Source: Phycisphaerales bacterium
GTDB lineage: Bacteria > Planctomycetota > Phycisphaerae > Phycisphaerales > UBA1924
Assembly: GCA_965227775.1 (NCBI GenBank)
Contig: OZ245777.1
Location: forward strand, 3,200,001 to 3,264,000
DNA length: 64,000 nt
Direction of reading: 5' to 3'
Position numbers and translations under genes: made by a program. This document shows, piece after piece, positions 1-12,631 of this stretch (position 1 is the first letter of the stretch; every line of letters begins with the position of its first letter). The notes under the pieces were generated by a model. That model made no database searches and was not told the DNA's origin. It saw only the letters and a program-made list of their open reading frames with translations.

Positions 1-138
1 GATCAACCCTTTTTCGAGAATGCAAGGAAAATTGCCAAAAAAACCCGCGTTATCGGGATATTCCGAATAACCCCTACAACCCGTACAATCTGCAACCCTA
101 CAGACGCGCATACCGCGACATAGGTCTATCCTCCGCCT

Positions 139-1671
139 ATGCCGTCCAAGACCCGATCATTCCTGCTGCAGGGCGTTGACGCCACACCCTGCGAGGTCGA
201 GGTCGACCTCGATGACGCCGCCCTGGCCAAGGAGACGATCGTCGGCCTGCCCGATGCGGCCATCCGCGAATCCATCGAGCGCGTGCGAGCAGCGCTGACC
301 AACACGGGTTATCAATTCCCGAACGGCCGCCTCGTTATCAATCTGGCCCCGGCCCACCTTCGGAAAGAGGGCCCGATCTACGACCTGCCGATCGCCGTGG
401 CGTTGCTGACTGCCACGGGCGTCCTGCGTGGGCAGGCTGCCGACGACAGCCCGCCGCGCATGCACCGCAGCATGATCGCGGGTGAGCTCGCACTCGATGG
501 ACGCGTCCGCCCCATCCGCGGCGTCATCGCCATGGCCGACCTTGCGCGACAGGAGGGCCTCGACGCCGTCATCGTGCCAGTCGAGAACGCCGCCGAAGCC
601 GCCGTTGCCGGTCCGACTACATATGGAGTGCGAACGCTGGCGGAGGTCGTCGGCCTACTCAACGGCGTGCTCGACATCGAGCCGCAGACGCCTCCGGATC
701 TCGATTCGATGCTGCACGCGGCCCAGGTGCCCATCGACTTCGCAGAAGTGCGCGGCCAGGAGGCGGTCAAGCGGGCCATCGTCATCGCCGCCGCGGGCGG
801 GCACAACGTGGTCATGCTCGGGCCCGCGGGCACCGGAAAGACCATGATGGCTCGGGCCTTGCCGGGCGTTCTACCGCCCATGAGCGCCGCCGAGGCCATC
901 GAGATCACGCGGATCCACTCGGCCGCCGGCGAGCTCCCGCCTGGGCAGGGGCTCGTCGCGAGCCGGCCAGTGCGCACGCCTCACCACACCGCTTCGGCGG
1001 CCTCGATCGTGGGCGGCGGCGTCGTCCCCAGGCCGGGCGAGGTCTCGCTTGCGACCCACGGCATCCTTTTCATGGATGAGCTTCCCGAGTTTCCACGATC
1101 GGTGCTCGAGACGCTGCGCCAACCGCTGGAAGATCATCAGGTGACGATCTCAAGATCGCGTGGCACGGTGCGTTTCCCCGCCGACTTCCTCTTCGTCGCT
1201 GCCATGAATCCGGCCCCCGGTGGCTCTGCTGGCACATCGGCCGCAGGCATCAAGGCGGCCGAGCGATACCGCGCTCGCATTAGCGGCCCCTTGCTCGACC
1301 GCATCGACATCCACGTCGAGGCGCCGGCCGTCCCCTGGAAGGAACTGTCCTCCAAGAGCCAGGACGGCAGCACGGATTCGGCGACCATGCGAGAACGCGT
1401 GCTCCGCGCGCGAAAGGTGCAGTCCTCGCGGCAGGGTGAGGGCGTTCTCAACGGTCGCCTGCGAGGCAAGCAACTCGACGTGCTCGCACCAATGAGCGAG
1501 CCCGCGAGCGCCTTGCTCGGCCAGGCCATCGCCGAACTCGGATTGTCGGCCCGCGCGTACGACAAGGTGCGCCGGGTGGCCCGTACCGTGGCCGACCTCG
1601 ACGGGGCCGAGGGGCTTGATGTCCAGCACGTGGCCGAGGCGGTCCAGTACCGGCTGCTCGACCGGGCCTGA
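139..1671 (+). CDS. comM: YifB/ComM family Mg-chelatase-like AAA+ ATPase
   Basis: IVGLPDAAIRES, INLAPA, YDLPIA, GELALDG, Walker A GPAGTGKT, RTPHHTAS, PGEVSLA, DELPEF, LRQPLED, SGPLLDRID, LSARAY motifs. Confidence 0.93.
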   Translation: MPSKTRSFLLQGVDATPCEVEVDLDDAALAKETIVGLPDAAIRESIERVRAALTNTGYQFPNGRLVINLAPAHLRKEGPIYDLPIAVALLTATGVLRGQAADDSPPRMHRSMIAGELALDGRVRPIRGVIAMADLARQEGLDAVIVPVENAAEAAVAGPTTYGVRTLAEVVGLLNGVLDIEPQTPPDLDSMLHAAQVPIDFAEVRGQEAVKRAIVIAAAGGHNVVMLGPAGTGKTMMARALPGVLPPMSAAEAIEITRIHSAAGELPPGQGLVASRPVRTPHHTASAASIVGGGVVPRPGEVSLATHGILFMDELPEFPRSVLETLRQPLEDHQVTISRSRGTVRFPADFLFVAAMNPAPGGSAGTSAAGIKAAERYRARISGPLLDRIDIHVEAPAVPWKELSSKSQDGSTDSATMRERVLRARKVQSSRQGEGVLNGRLRGKQLDVLAPMSEPASALLGQAIAELGLSARAYDKVRRVARTVADLDGAEGLDVQHVAEAVQYRLLDRA

Positions 1672-1803
1672 GCCGGTTGCCCAGAAAGGCCCCTGGCAGC
1701 GCCCAGTCGGTCGTCGGTCGGTATCATCGCTCCTCTAGATACGTCCAAGGCCGGCCCCTCCCCGCCGGCCGTCCCGCCTCGCTACTCGTGGAGATGCGCC
1801 CTC

Positions 1804-2271
1804 ATGATCGATATCGACCGGCTTCGCCAACTCGTGGACCTGATGGTGGAGCACGACCTGACCGAGGTCGACGTGAGCGATGAGGACCAGTCCATCACGA
1901 TCAAGCGCGGCATGGGAGGCGCGTTCCAGATCTCACCCCAGCCCCAGGCGTTTGCCCCGCAGGCGGCCCCTGCGCCGGCATCCCAGGCGCCCGCCGCCCC
2001 CGCATCGGGCGCAGCTGCTGCGGACGACGGCTTGGTCGCCATCGAGTCGCCCATGGTCGGCACCTTCTACTCGGCGCCCGACCCCGACTCACCCGAGTTC
2101 GTCAGCACCGGCGCCTCGATCTCGCCCGACAGCGTGGTGTGCCTGGTGGAAGCCATGAAGGTGTTCAACGAGATCAAGGCAGAGATGGCCGGAACCGTCG
2201 AGCGCGTGTGCGTGAAGAACGGCGACGCCGTCGAGTTCGGCCAGCCGCTCTTCATGGTGAGGCCGGCCTAA
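1804..2271 (+). CDS. accB: Acetyl-CoA carboxylase biotin carboxyl carrier protein
   Basis: SPMVGTFY, biotinylation motif EAMK, Ala/Pro linker; directly upstream of accC. Confidence 0.97.
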   Translation: MIDIDRLRQLVDLMVEHDLTEVDVSDEDQSITIKRGMGGAFQISPQPQAFAPQAAPAPASQAPAAPASGAAAADDGLVAIESPMVGTFYSAPDPDSPEFVSTGASISPDSVVCLVEAMKVFNEIKAEMAGTVERVCVKNGDAVEFGQPLFMVRPA

Positions 2272-2274
2272 CCC

Positions 2275-3639
2275 ATGTTCAAGCGAATCCTGATCGCCAA
2301 CCGCGGCGAGATCGCGCTGCGGATCATCCGAGCATGCCGTGAACTGGGCATCGAGGCCGTCTGCGTGTATTCGCAGGCCGACAAGGACGCCCCGTACCTG
2401 CGGCTGGCCGACCGCGCCATCTGCATCGGCGCTGGCCCGAGCAAGGACAGCTACCTCAACATCCCCCGCATCATCGCGGCCGCCGAGGTGAGCGACTCCG
2501 ACGCGATCCACCCGGGCTACGGCTTCCTTTCCGAACGCGCCGACTTCTCGCAGATCTGCCGCGACTGCAAGATCGAGTTCATTGGCCCGAGCCCCGAGGC
2601 CATGGGCCAATTGGGCGACAAGGTGCAGGCCAAGCGCGCCGCCAAGGCCGCCAAGGTCCCGATCTTCCCGGGCTCCGAGGGCGCTATTGAAGAAGAAGAC
2701 GAAGCCGTCGAGGTCGCCCGCGAGATCGGCTTCCCGGTGATCATCAAGGCCGCGGCCGGCGGCGGCGGACGCGGCATGCGCGTCTGTCACAACGAGGCCA
2801 CCCTCCGCCAGAACATCAAGAAGGCACAGCAAGAGGCCAAGGCAGCCTTCGGCGACGGCAGCGTCTTCATCGAGAAGTTTCTCGAGCACGCCCGCCACGT
2901 CGAGGTTCAGGTGCTCGGCGACAAGCACGGCAGCTCCGTGCACCTCTTCGAACGCGATTGCTCGATGCAGCGTCGCCACCAGAAGCTCATCGAAGAGGCG
3001 CCCGCGCCGGGCGTCGATCGCAAGAAGGTCGCGTCGGTCTGCGAGAACGCAGCAAAGCTCATCCGCAACACCGGGTACGCCGGCGCCGCGACCGTCGAGT
3101 TCTTGATGGACGACGAGCAGAACTTCTACATGCTTGAGGTCAACACCCGCGTCCAGGTCGAGCACCCGGTGACCGAGATGATCACCGGCGTGGACATCGT
3201 GAAGAACTCGATCCTGATCGCCGCCGGCGAGAAGCTCGGCCTGCGTCAGAAGGACATCTCGGTCAACGGCCACGCGATGGAGTGCCGGATCAACGCCGAG
3301 GACCCGTCACGCAACTTCATGCCCAGCCCAGGGCGCATCGAGACCTGGGAGATGCCGGGCGGCCCGGGCATCCGCATGGACACCCACGTCGTGCCGGGGT
3401 ACATGGTGCCACCCACCTACGACTCGATGATCGGCAAGCTGATCGCGCACGGGTCCGATCGCCGCGCGTGCATCACACGTATGGCCCGCGCGCTCCGCGA
3501 GTTCCGGGTTGCGCCGATTAAGACGGTCATACCGCTGCACTTGCGATTGCTCGAGCACAGCGCGTTCCAAGAGGACGCGGTGGATATCCACTACCTCGAG
3601 CGGGCGCTCAAGCAAGACCTGCTGGGACCGGTCGGCTAG
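2275..3639 (+). CDS. accC: Acetyl-CoA carboxylase biotin carboxylase subunit
   Basis: ILIANRGEIA, HPGYGFLSE, GGGGRGMR, ERDCSMQRRHQK, EVNTRVQVEHPVTE, YDSMIGKL. Confidence 0.97.
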   Translation: MFKRILIANRGEIALRIIRACRELGIEAVCVYSQADKDAPYLRLADRAICIGAGPSKDSYLNIPRIIAAAEVSDSDAIHPGYGFLSERADFSQICRDCKIEFIGPSPEAMGQLGDKVQAKRAAKAAKVPIFPGSEGAIEEEDEAVEVAREIGFPVIIKAAAGGGGRGMRVCHNEATLRQNIKKAQQEAKAAFGDGSVFIEKFLEHARHVEVQVLGDKHGSSVHLFERDCSMQRRHQKLIEEAPAPGVDRKKVASVCENAAKLIRNTGYAGAATVEFLMDDEQNFYMLEVNTRVQVEHPVTEMITGVDIVKNSILIAAGEKLGLRQKDISVNGHAMECRINAEDPSRNFMPSPGRIETWEMPGGPGIRMDTHVVPGYMVPPTYDSMIGKLIAHGSDRRACITRMARALREFRVAPIKTVIPLHLRLLEHSAFQEDAVDIHYLERALKQDLLGPVG

Positions 3640-3864
3640 CGCGTGGATAACGCCCCATAACTCTACCAAACAGAACTCAAAAACGGACCTTTGCAAGTCA
3701 CAGACGTAAATAGTCTCGCAAATGTGACAAAAAAAGCTCGCTTTGGGTGAACATTCCCGTTAACGTATCACCAGTGCGGGTCCGGCAGCAATCGGATCCG
3801 TGGTTGTACCTCGTGAAGGCGTACCCAGAAGGGGCGTCCGTTTCCTAGGAAGAGGGTAGAAGAC

Positions 3865-4482
3865 ATGCGTAAGGCAATGACTGTTGTCGCTCTGGCCGGT
3901 GTCGCTTCGGTGGCCGCTGCTCAGTCGACGGTGTATTTCTCGGATTTTGAGGCCGATGGCGGCGGCTGGACTGCCAGCGGCGTCAACGGCGATTGGGAGC
4001 GCGGCATCCCGGTCGGTGCCGACGGCGCGGCCCTGGGTGGCTTCGCGAGCAGCGAGCCCGTCGGCGGCTTCTCGGGCGACTTCGTCTGGGGCACCGTCAT
4101 CGGCGGCCTGCACGGCGTGGGCAGCGACGAGCAGCTCAGCCAGAACTTCGACTTCAGCGGCCTGAGCGACATCACCATGTCGTTCCAGGAGTGGAGCGAC
4201 AGCGGTAGCTCGACGTTCGACATGGCTTCGGTCATCGTCAACGGCGACCAGCTCTACCTCAGCGACGGCGACTCGTTCGACGCGTGGCGCGAGGTCAGCC
4301 TCGACCTGAACGCCTACGCCGGCCTGTCCAGCGTCGACATCACCTTCAACTTCACCTCGACCACCGTTGTCGAGCGCACCGGCTGGTACGTCGATGACGT
4401 CGCCATCCGCGCCATCCCGGCTCCGGCCAGCCTGGCCCTGCTGGGTCTCGGTGGCATGGTTGCCGCCCGCCGCCGCCGCTAA
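3865..4482 (+). CDS. Secreted beta-sandwich protein with PEP-CTERM-like sorting tail
   Basis: Signal peptide MRKAMTVVALAGVASVAAA; C-terminal IPAPASLALLGLGGMVAARRRR; SDFE...W and GWYVDDV motifs suggest a MAM/choice-of-anchor-J-like fold. Confidence 0.85.
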   Translation: MRKAMTVVALAGVASVAAAQSTVYFSDFEADGGGWTASGVNGDWERGIPVGADGAALGGFASSEPVGGFSGDFVWGTVIGGLHGVGSDEQLSQNFDFSGLSDITMSFQEWSDSGSSTFDMASVIVNGDQLYLSDGDSFDAWREVSLDLNAYAGLSSVDITFNFTSTTVVERTGWYVDDVAIRAIPAPASLALLGLGGMVAARRRR

Positions 4483-4509
4483 TCCGGCTTTCGGCAAACA
4501 CGCAATTGC

Positions 4510-4536
4510 AAAGCCCGGCCGTTCTGGCCGGGCTTT
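4510..4536. terminator. Likely bidirectional intrinsic terminator
   Basis: Perfect inverted repeat AAAGCCCGGCC-GTTCT-GGCCGGGCTTT between two convergent genes. Confidence 0.75.
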
Positions 4537-4563
4537 ATTGTGCGCCCGTTTCGGCTCACCCGC

Positions 4564-5142
4564 TCAGATATCGTCGCGACGCTCCAGGATCTGCTCGATC
4601 CGGTGCAGCGATGCGCGGATGTCCGTGAGCACCGCCGTCGACTCGGCGGGAATCGCTGCAGTGGCTGGCTCGCCGGCCGAAACCGGTCGCCTGCCGCGTC
4701 CTTCGGACAGCTCATCCCGCTGATCGAGCACGGCCTCTCGGAAGCCGGGCGCATCGACGATGCCGATCAGGCTCACGAGGTGGCCGCCCGGGCCCGAACT
4801 TTGGCCGGCCGTCTCAACCTTGAAGCCGTGCAGACCCATCGCCCGCATGATGGGGCCTTGGATCATCTGCAGGTCGGTGATCTTCTCGAGTGGGATCGTG
4901 CTCTCGACGCGGTTCAGCCAACCCTTGCGAATCTCCAGCGTGCGCTCGGTCAGCGTGCAACTCATCCGCTCGATGTACTTGTCGATCAGGACCTTGCCCA
5001 CGAGCAGGTATACGACCGCGAGGGGGATCGTCACGATGCACACCACCAAGACGATGGTGCCGCTGATGAGGTGGTAGGTCGAGAGCTTCGGATCGAAGCT
5101 CGCCTCACGAAGGACCTTGTGCCGGCGTGTTGGCTCGCTCAT
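4564..5142 (-). CDS. Membrane protein with bacterial PH domain (bPH_2-like)
   Basis: N-terminal hydrophobic hairpin followed by IPLEKITDLQMIQGPIMRAMGL..VETAG. Confidence 0.8.
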   Translation of the reverse strand: MSEPTRRHKVLREASFDPKLSTYHLISGTIVLVVCIVTIPLAVVYLLVGKVLIDKYIERMSCTLTERTLEIRKGWLNRVESTIPLEKITDLQMIQGPIMRAMGLHGFKVETAGQSSGPGGHLVSLIGIVDAPGFREAVLDQRDELSEGRGRRPVSAGEPATAAIPAESTAVLTDIRASLHRIEQILERRDDI

Positions 5143-5187
5143 GCCCGAGCATAGGGCAATCCCGACGCGATCCGCATCACAAACTGA

Positions 5188-6558
5188 TCAGCTCGGCTGG
5201 ACGGTGCCCTGGATCGGCCGATCCTCGCGAGCCATCGGGTGCGACGGCGCCGCCGTCACATGCTCGCCGGGCAATGGGTTGAACCGCGAGCCGAGCATCT
5301 GGATCTTGCGGTTGGGGTTGTACGACGGCAGGCGGCCGACCACGAACCACAGGGCCGCGATCAGGACCAGGTTGCCGCCGAACATCATCACCGGGTGGGC
5401 CCAGCCCTGGGGGATGCCGAAGTAGACCGCCACCGACGTGAGCACGAGCACGACCAGGGCGAGCGGGATCATGCCCTGCCACGCCGAGCTCATGACCTGG
5501 TCGTACCGCAGCCGCGGGACCGTCCACCGCACCAGCATGATCAGGAACACCAGGGCCCCGACCTTGGCGAAGTAGATGCCCAGCTTCGCCAGCACGCCCA
5601 TCAGCGTGGCATTACTACTTGCCAGCCAGTGGTTCTCACCAAATATCGGCGACAGCGGGAAGTGGAAACCGCCCAGGAAGAGCAGGGCGAAGAACGCCGC
5701 ACTGACCGCCACGTGGCTGTACTCGGCCAGGAAGAACAGGGCAAACCGCATCGAGTTGTACTCGGTGTGATAGCCGCCAACCAGCTCGCTCTCGGCCTCG
5801 GCATTGTCAAACGGCGTGCGGTTGGCCTCGGCCAGCATTGCGATGAAGAAGATCAGGGCCGCGATGGGCTGGCTGGCGATGAGCCAGCCGTTGGTCTCCT
5901 GGTAGCGGATGATGTCCATCGGCAGCAAGCTACCCACCATCACCAGCACGCACAGCAGGCTGATGCCCAGGGGCAGCTCGTAGGCCAGCATCTGGGCCGT
6001 CGCACGGAGGCCGCCCAGGAACGAGTACTTGTTGTTGCTGGCCCAGCCACCCAGGGTGATGCCGTACACGCCCAGCGAGGCGATGGCGATCATGTAGATC
6101 ACCCCGACATTCACGGGCAGGGCGGCGATCTGCACCACGCCGCCCTCGACTGGCAGGTTCAGGAAGGGGATCGTGAAGCTCGGGCACTCCCACAGCCCGC
6201 CCCAGGGGATGATCGCAAAGCCGATGAGGGCCGGGATGACCACGATGCCCGGGGCCAGCGTGAACAACACCTTGTCCACCTTGCCGGGGGTGTAATCCTC
6301 CTTCAGCATGAACTTGATGCCGTCGGCCAGCGGCTGGCCCAGCCCGAGCAGCCGGGGACCCTTCAGGAACTTCAGGAAGGGCAACCCCAGGTCGAAGCCC
6401 GTGCGATTGGGCCCGATGCGGTCCTGGATGTAGGCCGAAATCTTCCGCTCGGCGTACGTGAAGTACCCCGCCCCGGCCAGCAGCACGTGGACCATGACGG
6501 CGTACACCATGACGCTGACGATGAGCTGGGCGGAGATGAAGGATAGAAGGTCTGCCAT
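5188..6558 (-). CDS. nuoH: NADH-quinone oxidoreductase subunit H
   Basis: ERKISAYIQDRIGPNR, QPLADGIKFMLKED, GWASNNKYSFLGGLR, AEANRTPFD, EAESELVGGYHTEY, PRLRYDQ; start placed at MADLLSF. Confidence 0.95.
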   Translation of the reverse strand: MADLLSFISAQLIVSVMVYAVMVHVLLAGAGYFTYAERKISAYIQDRIGPNRTGFDLGLPFLKFLKGPRLLGLGQPLADGIKFMLKEDYTPGKVDKVLFTLAPGIVVIPALIGFAIIPWGGLWECPSFTIPFLNLPVEGGVVQIAALPVNVGVIYMIAIASLGVYGITLGGWASNNKYSFLGGLRATAQMLAYELPLGISLLCVLVMVGSLLPMDIIRYQETNGWLIASQPIAALIFFIAMLAEANRTPFDNAEAESELVGGYHTEYNSMRFALFFLAEYSHVAVSAAFFALLFLGGFHFPLSPIFGENHWLASSNATLMGVLAKLGIYFAKVGALVFLIMLVRWTVPRLRYDQVMSSAWQGMIPLALVVLVLTSVAVYFGIPQGWAHPVMMFGGNLVLIAALWFVVGRLPSYNPNRKIQMLGSRFNPLPGEHVTAAPSHPMAREDRPIQGTVQPS

Positions 6559-6674
6559 GAGGGGCGATGGTAGACGGCTGCTTGGAGTCAGACCCGGTCC
6601 ATCGCCATCACAGCTGGACCGCATCGCATAAGCTTGAGGAGCGTTTCTGGACCGAACTCCATCGGAGGCGAGCC

Positions 6675-7523
6675 ATGCCAACCACTAGCACCGATCGCAT
6701 GTCGTGGATCAGCTCTTATCCGCGATCTGGCAACACGTGGGTGCGGTTCCTGATTGTGAACTGTCTCGTCGACCACCAGTTTGACTGGGACTCGGCCATG
6801 AATGCGTTCGCTTTCGAACTTTACTACTACCTGGAGCGGATGCGAGTCGATGGCTGGACCAAGCAAGACGTCATCGACAAGCTGAAACAAGTAGTCCGGG
6901 ACCAGCCCACTGCCGGACGATTTGGCGACACAGTGTACATGAAATCACACAACAGGTGGAGTCCGGACCACCCGTTTGCTGAGTACACAGACCGAGCGGT
7001 ATTGATTGTTCGCAATCCGCGAGATGTTCTGCTCAGCGGAGCCAACTACCACAACCTCATGGTGGATCCAAACACGTCCGCCGTGGAGTATGCCCGCGAG
7101 TTCATCAAGCATGGCGGCGATCCCAGATGGATCCGCAATGGCTACGGCACTTGGTTCGAGCACTATCAGTCCTGGACTCAAGCCGATATCCCCGTGCTTG
7201 TCGTGCGATATGAGGACCTTCGATCAGATCCCATCAAGCCACTATTGTCAATCTGCGCGTTTCTTGGCTTCGACGTGAGTGAAGCCGATGCTGCCCGTGC
7301 AGCCGAGCGCACTCAGATCGCCAAGCTTCGGGACGTCGAGAACACGGCTCGCGAAGCAGGCCGGATCCGCAACTTCAATGACGGTTTCAACTTTTTCAAC
7401 AAGGGCAGGACTGGTCAGTCACTTGACGACCTAGCGCCCGGCCTCGACGAGGAATTCGATCGCGTGTTCGCAGAGCAGATGGCTGCGGTCGATTATCAGC
7501 CCCTCAGCAACTTGCCTCGCTAG
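6675..7523 (+). CDS. Sulfotransferase (Sulfotransfer_1 type)
   Basis: 5'-PSB motif SYPRSGNTW, KSH, 3'-PB motif VRNPRDVLLS, RYEDL, FFNKG; GGAGG RBS before ATG 6675. Confidence 0.9.
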   Translation: MPTTSTDRMSWISSYPRSGNTWVRFLIVNCLVDHQFDWDSAMNAFAFELYYYLERMRVDGWTKQDVIDKLKQVVRDQPTAGRFGDTVYMKSHNRWSPDHPFAEYTDRAVLIVRNPRDVLLSGANYHNLMVDPNTSAVEYAREFIKHGGDPRWIRNGYGTWFEHYQSWTQADIPVLVVRYEDLRSDPIKPLLSICAFLGFDVSEADAARAAERTQIAKLRDVENTAREAGRIRNFNDGFNFFNKGRTGQSLDDLAPGLDEEFDRVFAEQMAAVDYQPLSNLPR

Positions 7524-8300
7524 AAGAGCTGATGTTCATTGACCAGTTACGAATCCGATAGTCGGGAACAGAAAAGCTCTTCGGCCAAAGCGTAAAGGAC
7601 ATGGTCGAGTTGGTTGAGGTCGCGAATTGCAGCGATATCAGTTTTGTCGTGCCATTCGACTCCCGGTCGATTCTCAGACACGTTAGCTCGTGTGATCTTG
7701 GATGGATCCCAACCAAATGTGCGACGAAGTTCGTTCAGGCCCGCATCCATCTGCTCGACCACTCCTACGAATCCACTCTCGTGAATGCACCGCAGGTTGT
7801 TGCACGCGACTTCCAGCATCTCTTCCGTGACTTGTCCGAATGGGATCACCTTATGCTTCGGCTGCGGATTCAGCATGCGAACCTGTAGGTTATCAAACTC
7901 AACGCAATTAGTGCGCTCTATAGCCTGAGCGACCGTCGATTCCATGTTGAATCCATGATTGTGCAAGTAGTGATCCGGCATTCTCCGGACGTAGTGAAAG
8001 AACGAGAGCACGCGATCAACCGGCTCCCGCAAGAACGTCAAGTACGTGGCACCGGGCCGCAGATACTCGTGGTTTCCAAAGTACTGGTGACCAAGCAACA
8101 GGTCGACTGAGTGCCGAGCGTTTTCTGGCTGGGCTTGCCACTCCTTTAGTTTCGGAATGTAGCCCTCAAGATAGACCACATTTGCTTCAGGGTGTTGGGC
8201 TCGGAGGTATCGCCGGATCGAAGTCCCACCAGCTTTATACATGTGCAAAAAAATGAGCGGCAAGTTGTCAGTACCAGGACCAACTACGCTCGGCTCTGTT

Positions 8301-10782
<2,482 letters not shown>

Positions 10783-10814
10783 GCCGGTCGCGGCGTGGGT
10801 GGCCCGAAAGCTGC

Positions 10815-11303
10815 TCAGAGCTTGGGCGCGTCCTCGTCGTCATCATCGAAGTCGAAGTCCGAGAACAGATCTTCGTCCTCGTCATCCATGATCGAGCCCT
10901 GGCCGACCTGCTTCGACGCTTGCGGCTGGCCGCCACTCTGCGCGGCCGGTTGCTCCAGCTCGCTGGGCGTGCCCTTCTCGATGGCGGTCTCGTTATCGAT
11001 GCTCGCCGGGTCGCCGTTCACGCGGAGCACCATGAAGGCCGGACCGACCTTCATGACGTCACCAGGCGACATCTCGGCCTCTTCGATCTGCATGCCGTTG
11101 ATGTAGGTGCCGTTGCTCGAGCCGAGGTCTTCAACGGAAAGACCTCCGCTGTCGTTGGGTTCCACACGGCAATGCTCGCGAGAAACCTCGGCCACCGGAA
11201 CGCGGAGATCGCAGTCTTCTTCTCGGCCGATGATGCGGGCGCGGGAGACTGCAAACGACCGCTGCTCACCGTCTGACGTAACGAGCACGAGTTCGATCGA
11301 CAC
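10815..11303 (-). CDS. FHA domain protein with acidic C-terminal tail
   Basis: IIGR, VSREHC, DLGSSNGTYING; GTG start at 11303 with GGGAG RBS; tail MDDEDEDLFSDFDFDDDDED. Confidence 0.88.
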   Translation of the reverse strand: MSIELVLVTSDGEQRSFAVSRARIIGREEDCDLRVPVAEVSREHCRVEPNDSGGLSVEDLGSSNGTYINGMQIEEAEMSPGDVMKVGPAFMVLRVNGDPASIDNETAIEKGTPSELEQPAAQSGGQPQASKQVGQGSIMDDEDEDLFSDFDFDDDDEDAPKL

Positions 11304-11379
11304 GGCGTACACTCCCGCTTGCGGCCACGCCTTCGGGCCCGAGCCTGTTGCGACCGGCCCCAAGGCGGGGCTGGAACAA

Positions 11380-12621
11380 ATGCGTATGGCCCGACGCCGG
11401 GCCATTCTCCGGGTAACAGAAGTGGACCGTACCCCCATCACCGTCGCGGGGCAACGCCAGAGCGTGGCCCATCCGCTGCAATCTTTGCGAACCGATGGTG
11501 TGTCCGCCGGACCCGTCCAGGTACTGTACATCCATGTGCCGTTCTGCTTCCACAAGTGCCACTACTGCGACTTCTACAGCATCGTGGACACCCGTGACCG
11601 GCAGGAGCCGTTCACCGACCGGCTGATCGCCGAGCTTGCCCACATCGCCCCGCTCGCCGGCCCGCTCACCAGCATCTTTGTCGGCGGCGGGACGCCCACG
11701 CTGCTGCGGCCCGACCTCTGGTCGCGCCTCCTCGCGGCACTGCACGAGCGGTTCGACCTGCAAGGGGCCGAATTCACTGTGGAGTGCAACCCGGAGACGG
11801 CTTCGGCGGAGCTGTTTTCCACGCTTGCGGCGGGCGGCGTCAACCGCATCAGCATCGGGGCCCAGTCGTTTAATCCCGCGCACCTCAAGACGCTGGAGCG
11901 ATGGCACGATCCGGCAAACGTCGGCAGGGCGGTCGAGCTCGCGCGGAGCGCCGGCATCGCGCGCCAATCGGTGGACCTGATCTTCGGCATCCCGGGGCAG
12001 ACGCTCGCCGAGTGGGAAGCCGACCTCAAAGAGGCGGTCATGTTCGGCGTGGAACATCTCAGCTGTTATGCGCTGACCTACGAGCCCAATACCGCGATGA
12101 CCGCACGGATGGAGCGGGGGCAGTTCGAGCCGGCAGACGAAGATCTCGAAGCCGACATGCTGCAGCTCACGCTCGACAGGCTTCGCGCGCACGGGTATGA
12201 CCGCTACGAGGTGAGCAACTACGCCAAGCCGGGCGCCGGGTGCCGGCACAACCTGGCGTACTGGCGTCAGGACCAGTGGCTCGCCGCGGGACCCTCGGCC
12301 AGCGGGCACGTGGCTGGCTGGCGATGGAAGAACGTGCCGCGGCTCGACTCGTACATCGGAGCGCCGGGCACACGAGGCGTACCCCCAGCAATCGACGTCG
12401 AATCGCCGGACGCGGTACGGGCGATGGCCGAGAGAATCATGACGGGCCTGCGCTTGCGCGAGGGCATCAGTGCGAGTGGACTGCCCGAGGCGTTGCACGC
12501 GGAGGCGCTGCGGCAGCACAAACTCGGTAACCTCGATATCGATGGTGATCGCTGGCAGCTGACCGACTGCGGCATGATGCTGGCCGACGGGATCGCGGCC
12601 GAGTTCATGGGGCTTCTTTAA
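11380..12621 (+). CDS. hemW: Radical SAM heme chaperone HemW (HemN-like)
   Basis: LYIHVPFCFHKCHYCDF (CxxxCxxC), GGGTPT, ECNP, RISIGAQS, YEVSNYA, HNLAYW; start uncertain. Confidence 0.88.
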   Translation: MRMARRRAILRVTEVDRTPITVAGQRQSVAHPLQSLRTDGVSAGPVQVLYIHVPFCFHKCHYCDFYSIVDTRDRQEPFTDRLIAELAHIAPLAGPLTSIFVGGGTPTLLRPDLWSRLLAALHERFDLQGAEFTVECNPETASAELFSTLAAGGVNRISIGAQSFNPAHLKTLERWHDPANVGRAVELARSAGIARQSVDLIFGIPGQTLAEWEADLKEAVMFGVEHLSCYALTYEPNTAMTARMERGQFEPADEDLEADMLQLTLDRLRAHGYDRYEVSNYAKPGAGCRHNLAYWRQDQWLAAGPSASGHVAGWRWKNVPRLDSYIGAPGTRGVPPAIDVESPDAVRAMAERIMTGLRLREGISASGLPEALHAEALRQHKLGNLDIDGDRWQLTDCGMMLADGIAAEFMGLL

Positions 12622-12631
12622 GCATGCTGGG

